64,000 bases of DNA from an uncultured bacterium (lineage in GTDB: Bacteria > Verrucomicrobiota > Verrucomicrobiia > Verrucomicrobiales > DEV007). Shown one piece after another: positions 58,642 through 64,000 of this stretch. Made by a program: the position numbers and the translations under genes. Position 1 is the stretch's first letter, and each line of letters starts with the position of its first letter. Location of the stretch: NCBI GenBank assembly GCA_963977015.1, contig CAXBMO010000019.1:1-64000 (forward strand), read 5' to 3'. The notes under the pieces are model-generated. The model searched no databases, had not been told where the DNA came from, and worked only from the letters and a program-made list of their open reading frames with translations.

Positions 58642-59873
58642 CAACACTAACCGAACCATTACCTCCCGTCCAATCCACCAAGGACGAGTCCCTTTTCGCG
58701 GCGATTCTCGCTTCGGCGGAGAAACCGCGCGAAAAATCAACCAGCCTTCCCTCTGCGGCTTACCACGATCCTGAGTTCCTCAAGTTCGAGGAAGCTGAGA
58801 TATTCAGGAAAGAATGGATCTCACTCTGCCATGTTTCACAGGTGGCCAAGGCAGGCGATTTCGTTCGTGTCGATGTCGCCGGCGAACCGATGTTGGTCGT
58901 TCGCGGAAAAGACATGGAGATCAAGGTCCTGTCCCGCACCTGTCGTCACCGGGGCATGGAAATCATGCCTTCCGGGTTTGGGCATCCGAATGAAGGGAAC
59001 CAACGCGTCATCCTTTGCCCTTATCATCTCTGGAGTTATGATCTCAACGGCAAATTGGTTGGAGCTCCGGAAATGCAGGAGGCCGCGGAGTTCGACCGCA
59101 GCGAGGTCTGTCTCCACCAATATAGAAGCGAGGTTTGGGAAGGGTTTGTCTTTGTGACACTCTCCGACGACATTCCTCCCGTCGCCGAAAAGTATGCTCA
59201 ATTGAAGGACGACTTTGTCGGGAGATGGGACATGGGGGATGGAGAGTTGGTTTGGTCAGCTCATTGGGAATGCAATTTCAACTGGAAGATTCTTCTGGAG
59301 AACTTCATGGAGGCCTACCATCACCTCGGTGCCCACATGAAGACGCTGGAGCCGTTCCTGCCGGCCAAGGGATGCTGGACGGAGCCTTACGATCCGGAAT
59401 TCTCCTGCATGCATCTTCCGCTCAAGGACAGCATGATCGAGGAAATTCAAAAAACGAAAGACGCCGGCACTCCGTTTCCGGTCTTTCCGACCCTGGAACT
59501 GGATGACTACTGCAAGTGGTGGGTCTTCCTGGGGAACCCGAACTTCCTGCTCTTCTCCGCACCGGACCGGGTTTACTGGTATCGCCTGCTTCCCACCGGG
59601 CCGGAGACCTGCACGCTCATGACCACCATGATTGTGCCGAAGGCGGCCTTGGAAATGCCGGACTACGAAGCCGTGCTCGAGAAGGAAATCGCCGCGGGAA
59701 TCGAGTTTCACATGGAAGACATGGAAGTCTGCGCCGCCACCCAGCGCGGTGTCAAATCAACGGGCTTCACCCCGGGACGTCTCAGTCATTTGGAGCAACC
59801 CATCTGGCACTTTCAAAAATACCTGGCTGAGGTGATTCGGAAATCCTCAGTTGGTCAATCCCTTGCCCAGTAA
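58638..59873 (+). CDS. Rieske non-heme iron oxygenase alpha subunit (choline monooxygenase/CntA/GbcA-like)
   Basis: CRH...CPYH Rieske motif; NWK...[13 protein letters not shown] iron site; ED..VC...QRG; ATGA overlap with upstream gene. Confidence 0.88.
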   Translation: MTTLTEPLPPVQSTKDESLFAAILASAEKPREKSTSLPSAAYHDPEFLKFEEAEIFRKEWISLCHVSQVAKAGDFVRVDVAGEPMLVVRGKDMEIKVLSRTCRHRGMEIMPSGFGHPNEGNQRVILCPYHLWSYDLNGKLVGAPEMQEAAEFDRSEVCLHQYRSEVWEGFVFVTLSDDIPPVAEKYAQLKDDFVGRWDMGDGELVWSAHWECNFNWKILLENFMEAYHHLGAHMKTLEPFLPAKGCWTEPYDPEFSCMHLPLKDSMIEEIQKTKDAGTPFPVFPTLELDDYCKWWVFLGNPNFLLFSAPDRVYWYRLLPTGPETCTLMTTMIVPKAALEMPDYEAVLEKEIAAGIEFHMEDMEVCAATQRGVKSTGFTPGRLSHLEQPIWHFQKYLAEVIRKSSVGQSLAQ

Positions 59874-59880
59874 CATCAAG

Positions 59881-61242
59881 ATGATATCCAATTCAAAAAT
59901 TCAGGCTCTCCAGGAGTCGCTCAAGGCGCAGGGCGTCAAGTACTGTGTCGGCGCCTATGTCGATATCCACGGAGTGCCGAAGGGGAAGTTCGTTCCGATC
60001 GATCACTTCCAGCATTTTGCCCACGGGTCCGAGCTTTACACCGGCTATGCGCTGGATGGCCTGGGACAGCGACCGAATGATGACGAGATTGCCTCCGTTC
60101 CTGACGTTGATTCAATCACGATCCTGCCGTGGAACAAGGAAGTCGCCTGGATGCCGGCGGACAACACGTTCAAAGGGGAGCCTTATCCCATCAATACGCG
60201 GGTTGCCTTGAAGAAGCAGTTGCAAGCCGCCGCCGACATGGGGTTTGGATTCAATCTGGGGATTGAGTGTGAAGTCTTTGTCGTCAAACAAAGGGAGGAT
60301 GGAAGTCTGGAGATCCCGAACGACGACGATGATCTGGAGAAGTCGTGTTATGATGTGAAACGCTTCCTCGACCGCTACACGTGGTTGGATAAGGTCTCGA
60401 CCACGATCAACGATCTGGGTTGGGGACTCTATTCCCTCGATCATGAAGATGCGAACTCGCAGTTCGAGTTCGACTTCAATTATGCAGATGCGTTGACGAT
60501 GTGTGATCGCTACATCTTCTTCCGTCTCATGGCCAAGCAGTATGCTGCCGAGGAAGGATTGCTCGCCACCTTCATGCCGAAGCCGTTCGCCGATAAAACG
60601 GGTTCGGGCGCGCATTTTAACATGTCCCTGTTCGACAAGGATACCGGGGAGAACCTTTTCAAGTGTGCCCCTGAAGCCGATCCGCGTGGATTGGGTTTGA
60701 CCGAGCTGGGCTACCAATTTATTGGCGGAATTCTCAAGCACGGCCGGGCGCTGTGCTGTGCTTATGCACCAACGGTAAATAGTTACAAACGACTGGTTCG
60801 TCGGGGCTTGATGTCCTACTACACATGGGCACCCGTGTTCAATAGTTACGGCAAGAACAACCGGACGAATGCGATGAGGGTGCCAATGGGTGGCGGTCGC
60901 GTTGAGTCCCGCAATGCCGACGCCTCCTGCAATCCCTACCTCGCGGCGACCCTTGCCCTCGCGGCGGGTCTGGAAGGAATTCGCGAAAACCTGGATCCCG
61001 GCGAGGCGATCGAGGACAACCTTTACGAACTCACTCCGGAGCAATTCGCAGAACGGGGAATCGAAGAATTACCAACCACGCTGAAGGAGGCGGTGGAAGC
61101 ATTCTCGGCTTCGCCCTTTGTGGAGGATGTGTTGGGTTCGGAACTCCGACAGGAATTCATCACTTATAAATCCGAGGAATGGCGTCAATACCACCAGCGA
61201 ATCAGTCAGTGGGAATATGAGCAGTATGCAAGGTTGTTTTGA
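59881..61242 (+). CDS. glnT: GlnT-type glutamate-amine ligase (GmaS-like gamma-glutamylamide synthetase)
   Basis: [48 protein letters not shown] flap, NNRT, ESRNAD...NPYL. Confidence 0.85.
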   Translation: MISNSKIQALQESLKAQGVKYCVGAYVDIHGVPKGKFVPIDHFQHFAHGSELYTGYALDGLGQRPNDDEIASVPDVDSITILPWNKEVAWMPADNTFKGEPYPINTRVALKKQLQAAADMGFGFNLGIECEVFVVKQREDGSLEIPNDDDDLEKSCYDVKRFLDRYTWLDKVSTTINDLGWGLYSLDHEDANSQFEFDFNYADALTMCDRYIFFRLMAKQYAAEEGLLATFMPKPFADKTGSGAHFNMSLFDKDTGENLFKCAPEADPRGLGLTELGYQFIGGILKHGRALCCAYAPTVNSYKRLVRRGLMSYYTWAPVFNSYGKNNRTNAMRVPMGGGRVESRNADASCNPYLAATLALAAGLEGIRENLDPGEAIEDNLYELTPEQFAERGIEELPTTLKEAVEAFSASPFVEDVLGSELRQEFITYKSEEWRQYHQRISQWEYEQYARLF

Positions 61243-61297
61243 TGCAGCAGAGCGTGGATGCCAATGAACTCGATTTCTTTTACGTAGGTAAGGTTTC

Positions 61298-62287
61298 TTA
61301 GTCCGTGAGCACCGGCGCCAGATAGAGGTTGCGATAGGAAACCGCAGTGTGGTCACCCTGAATATAGATGGGGCCGGGCGCCGAGGGATCGGTATGGATG
61401 GCCCCGGCCGTCGGTCCCGGCACGGGCTGATTGTCGATCACGGTGACGCCGTTCAAAACGACGGTGACATGGCGATCCACCAGGGTAAGATCATAGGTTT
61501 GCCATTCACCTCCGGGTTTTCCGGCATTCGTCGATGGGGGAATCCTCCCAAAGATTGCCCCAACGCCCTGGAGGCCCTGCATCCGGCTGTCGCGATCCAC
61601 GACCTGAGCCTCATACATCCCCCGAAGATAGATGCCGCTGTTGCGCTGCGCGCCGACCAGGAATTCGACATGTAGCCAGAAATCCTCAAAAACCGCTTCG
61701 GTCTTCAGGTTCGCATGATCGCCTGTGGCGCTGAAGTCGGTTTTCGGGGTGCTGTTGACGAGCATGCCATCCTTGACGCTCCATCCGTTGATTTTGTCAG
61801 GCTCATGAGGGATCCAGCCGGTCAGGTCCCTGCCATTGAAGAGCGCAATGGGATGCCCAAATCGAACCTTGGAGAGGTCCGGTGCTTTGGTTGGCATGGG
61901 CGGAATCTTCGTGCCTGTAAACGCGACGTTCTCCGCGGTGCCATCAGGAAAGGTCTGCAAAATTGTCCCGTCGAGTTTTCCATCGACGATCCCAACGTCG
62001 ACCGTTTGCGTTGGCACGCCCTCCTTCTTCCGTTTCTTGAGCGCAAATTTGATCCGGCCATCAACGACTTCGACGTTTTCAAACGGACCGGCAGATCCAA
62101 CATACAATCGGAAGAACACGACCGGATTTCCTTCCTTTTCCTGAATGCTCATCCAACCGGGAACACCGGATTCAACCTCGAGCGACCAGTCCCCCCAAAG
62201 GCTCTCGGGAATCGATTGAGCATGCACCGAAGAGATGAAGAGCAGGAACAGGCAGGGCAGGAGTTTGCGATGGAGAGTCATGAACAT
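61298..62287 (-). CDS. DUF1080 domain secreted protein
   Basis: LFNGRDLTGW, NSGIYLRG.YE.QV, GEWQTYD, QGDH...YRN. Confidence 0.85.
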   Translation of the reverse strand: MFMTLHRKLLPCLFLLFISSVHAQSIPESLWGDWSLEVESGVPGWMSIQEKEGNPVVFFRLYVGSAGPFENVEVVDGRIKFALKKRKKEGVPTQTVDVGIVDGKLDGTILQTFPDGTAENVAFTGTKIPPMPTKAPDLSKVRFGHPIALFNGRDLTGWIPHEPDKINGWSVKDGMLVNSTPKTDFSATGDHANLKTEAVFEDFWLHVEFLVGAQRNSGIYLRGMYEAQVVDRDSRMQGLQGVGAIFGRIPPSTNAGKPGGEWQTYDLTLVDRHVTVVLNGVTVIDNQPVPGPTAGAIHTDPSAPGPIYIQGDHTAVSYRNLYLAPVLTD

Positions 62288-62454
62288 GGGGTTGGGAAGT
62301 GAGCGTTAAAGGGGCCATCAAGGAGATGCCCGCCGCGTTTGAAATGCCAACGTTTTTCTGAGTGGGGATTCGAAAAATGACGGGGCGGTAATGAAAATAG
62401 AATCGATTTGAAGGAAACTGGGGTTTCATCTTTTTGACCAGCCGCAAATTCCCC

Positions 62455-63843
62455 ATGAAATGGTTCCCCCAACTCTTCCTCGCTCTGACCGTGTTCTCCA
62501 GTAGTGCACTCGGTCAGGATCAGCCCAACTTCCTGTTTCTGCTTTCCGACGACCAGGCCTGGAACGAACTCTCCTGCCAGATGCATCCGGAAATGCCGGA
62601 GTCGAAGAGCCAAATCGTGCAGACTCCAAACATCGCGAAACTGGCGAGCCAGGGGATGCGATTCAGCGCGGCATATTCACCGACATCCGTGTGTTCGCCC
62701 TCGCGCATCAGCCTGCAAACGGGGAAGAGTCCGGCCCAATGTGGTTGGACCAAGGCGGGGCCGGTGATGAGAGCTGGAGCCGGGTTCAAGCTCATTCCGC
62801 CGCCGAGCCGGAGCCACATCGAAGCTGGCGAAGTGACGATTGGCGAGCTGCTGCAATCCGCCGGCTATCGCACGGCACATTATGGCAAGTGGCATCTTGG
62901 GGGCGGCGGTCCCGGGAATCATGGTTACGACGAGAGCGATGGAGATACTGGAAACCGGGACGCAGCTCCACACGTCGAGCCCAATCCGGTCGATATCTTT
63001 GGGATGAGCAGTCGCGCTCAGGCGTTCATGGAGACGAGCCGGAACGCTGGCAAACCCTTCTTCATCCAGATGTCGTTTTACGCCCTGCATTATCCGCAGA
63101 ATGCGAGCAGGTCGCTGGTCGAGAAATATCAGGCCTTGAATCCGCGCGGTAGGGAAAGGGAGATTGGGCGTGCTGCGATTTCCGAAGATCTGGATCGTGG
63201 GGTGGGGGAGTTGATGGCCAAAATCGAGGAATTGGGGATCGGGGACCGCACCTACGTGATTTACATGTCGGACAATGGCAGCTCGACCGGCAACACGCTG
63301 AATGGCGGGAAAGGCGACGTTTGGGAAGGAGGGATCCGGGTGCCGCTGATGGTTCGGGGGCCCGGGATTGCGGCGAACTCATGGAATCATCAACGCGTCG
63401 TCGGTTACGACTTTTATCCCACGTTCTGCAAATTGGCCGGTGTGAAGCAAAAGCTGCCTTCGACGACCGAAGGAGGACTGATCGATCATCTCTTCCACGG
63501 AAGTTCCGAGCCTGTGAAACGTCCGCGCGAGGAACTGGTTTTCCATTTTCCGCACTACCAGGGCGATGCGCCTCACACCGCGTTGTTTCTTGGCGACTAC
63601 AAGTTGATCCGGTTCTACGAGGATCATTCGCTCCAACTCTACAACGTCAGTGAGGATATCGGAGAACGGAACAATTTGTTGAGCGAGAAGCCGGATTTGG
63701 CGGACCAGATGTTGGCACGGATGGATGCTTATCTGGAGGCGGTGAACGCGGGATTGCCAACGCCAAATCCGAACTATGATCCGGAGAATCCGCCCAATCT
63801 TCGAGAGGTGAACCGGGGCAAGAAGGGCGGAAAGAGAAAGTGA
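62455..63843 (+). CDS. Sulfatase (S1 family)
   Basis: PNFLFLLSDDQ, CSPSR, GKWHL, SDNG, WEGGIRVP; signal peptide. Confidence 0.9.
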   Translation: MKWFPQLFLALTVFSSSALGQDQPNFLFLLSDDQAWNELSCQMHPEMPESKSQIVQTPNIAKLASQGMRFSAAYSPTSVCSPSRISLQTGKSPAQCGWTKAGPVMRAGAGFKLIPPPSRSHIEAGEVTIGELLQSAGYRTAHYGKWHLGGGGPGNHGYDESDGDTGNRDAAPHVEPNPVDIFGMSSRAQAFMETSRNAGKPFFIQMSFYALHYPQNASRSLVEKYQALNPRGREREIGRAAISEDLDRGVGELMAKIEELGIGDRTYVIYMSDNGSSTGNTLNGGKGDVWEGGIRVPLMVRGPGIAANSWNHQRVVGYDFYPTFCKLAGVKQKLPSTTEGGLIDHLFHGSSEPVKRPREELVFHFPHYQGDAPHTALFLGDYKLIRFYEDHSLQLYNVSEDIGERNNLLSEKPDLADQMLARMDAYLEAVNAGLPTPNPNYDPENPPNLREVNRGKKGGKRK

Positions 63844-64000
63844 AACGGACCGGAAGATTCCCGGTCTCACAGGTTATCCGATCCTCGAGGCGGAAGGCTA
63901 TCGCAGGACTCGCCAAACGGAGGTTTGTCAGGGGCGATCAAGGCAAGAAATCGCGCTTGCCATGGTCTGGAGCAGTCTGCAAGAGTTGCGGCCTATGAGC

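Noticed and set aside
59881-61242. Housekeeping glutamine synthetase GlnA
   Set aside because: Trp replaces the flap glutamate and the context is a catabolic operon
1-64000. CRISPR array, tRNA, rRNA, prophage genes
   Set aside because: No regularly spaced repeats, cloverleaf or rRNA signatures, or phage structural genes recognised

Overview
GC-rich bacterial chromosome segment, most likely Verrucomicrobiota or another PVC-superphylum organism (inferred from four Cys-type sulfatases, two DUF1080 proteins, a PQQ-like propeller protein and a Ser/Thr kinase plus ECF sigma pair). From left to right: (1) an IS3-like terminal repeat abutting a truncated HNH endonuclease; (2) an AT-richer ParA-like ATPase plus partner gene; (3) a 6.2-kb kinase / Zn-finger membrane protein / ECF sigma cassette bounded by an 86-bp direct repeat of the 3' end of a LamG gene; (4) a small integron-like cassette array without integrase (two attC-like sites, two DUF4375 genes); (5) pckG bracketed by ~130-bp inverted repeats; (6) a 15-kb nitrate assimilation cluster with unusual wiring (LysR plus NasS-like sensor, CysJ-like diflavin reductase plus NirA, DmsB-DmsC fusion plus cytoplasmic nitrate reductase); (7) a sialidase-like / aldolase / SSS sugar-acid cluster; (8) rdgB and a U32-family gene; (9) an operon with a sigma54-type promoter and a divergent MarR gene (ABC permease and SBP, FGE-domain protein, TIM-barrel protein, Rieske oxygenase, GlnT-type gamma-glutamyl ligase), the best candidate for an uncharacterised amine-nitrogen scavenging pathway. 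No rRNA, tRNA or CRISPR array was recognised. All calls come from motif recognition and hand alignment; no database searches were run.
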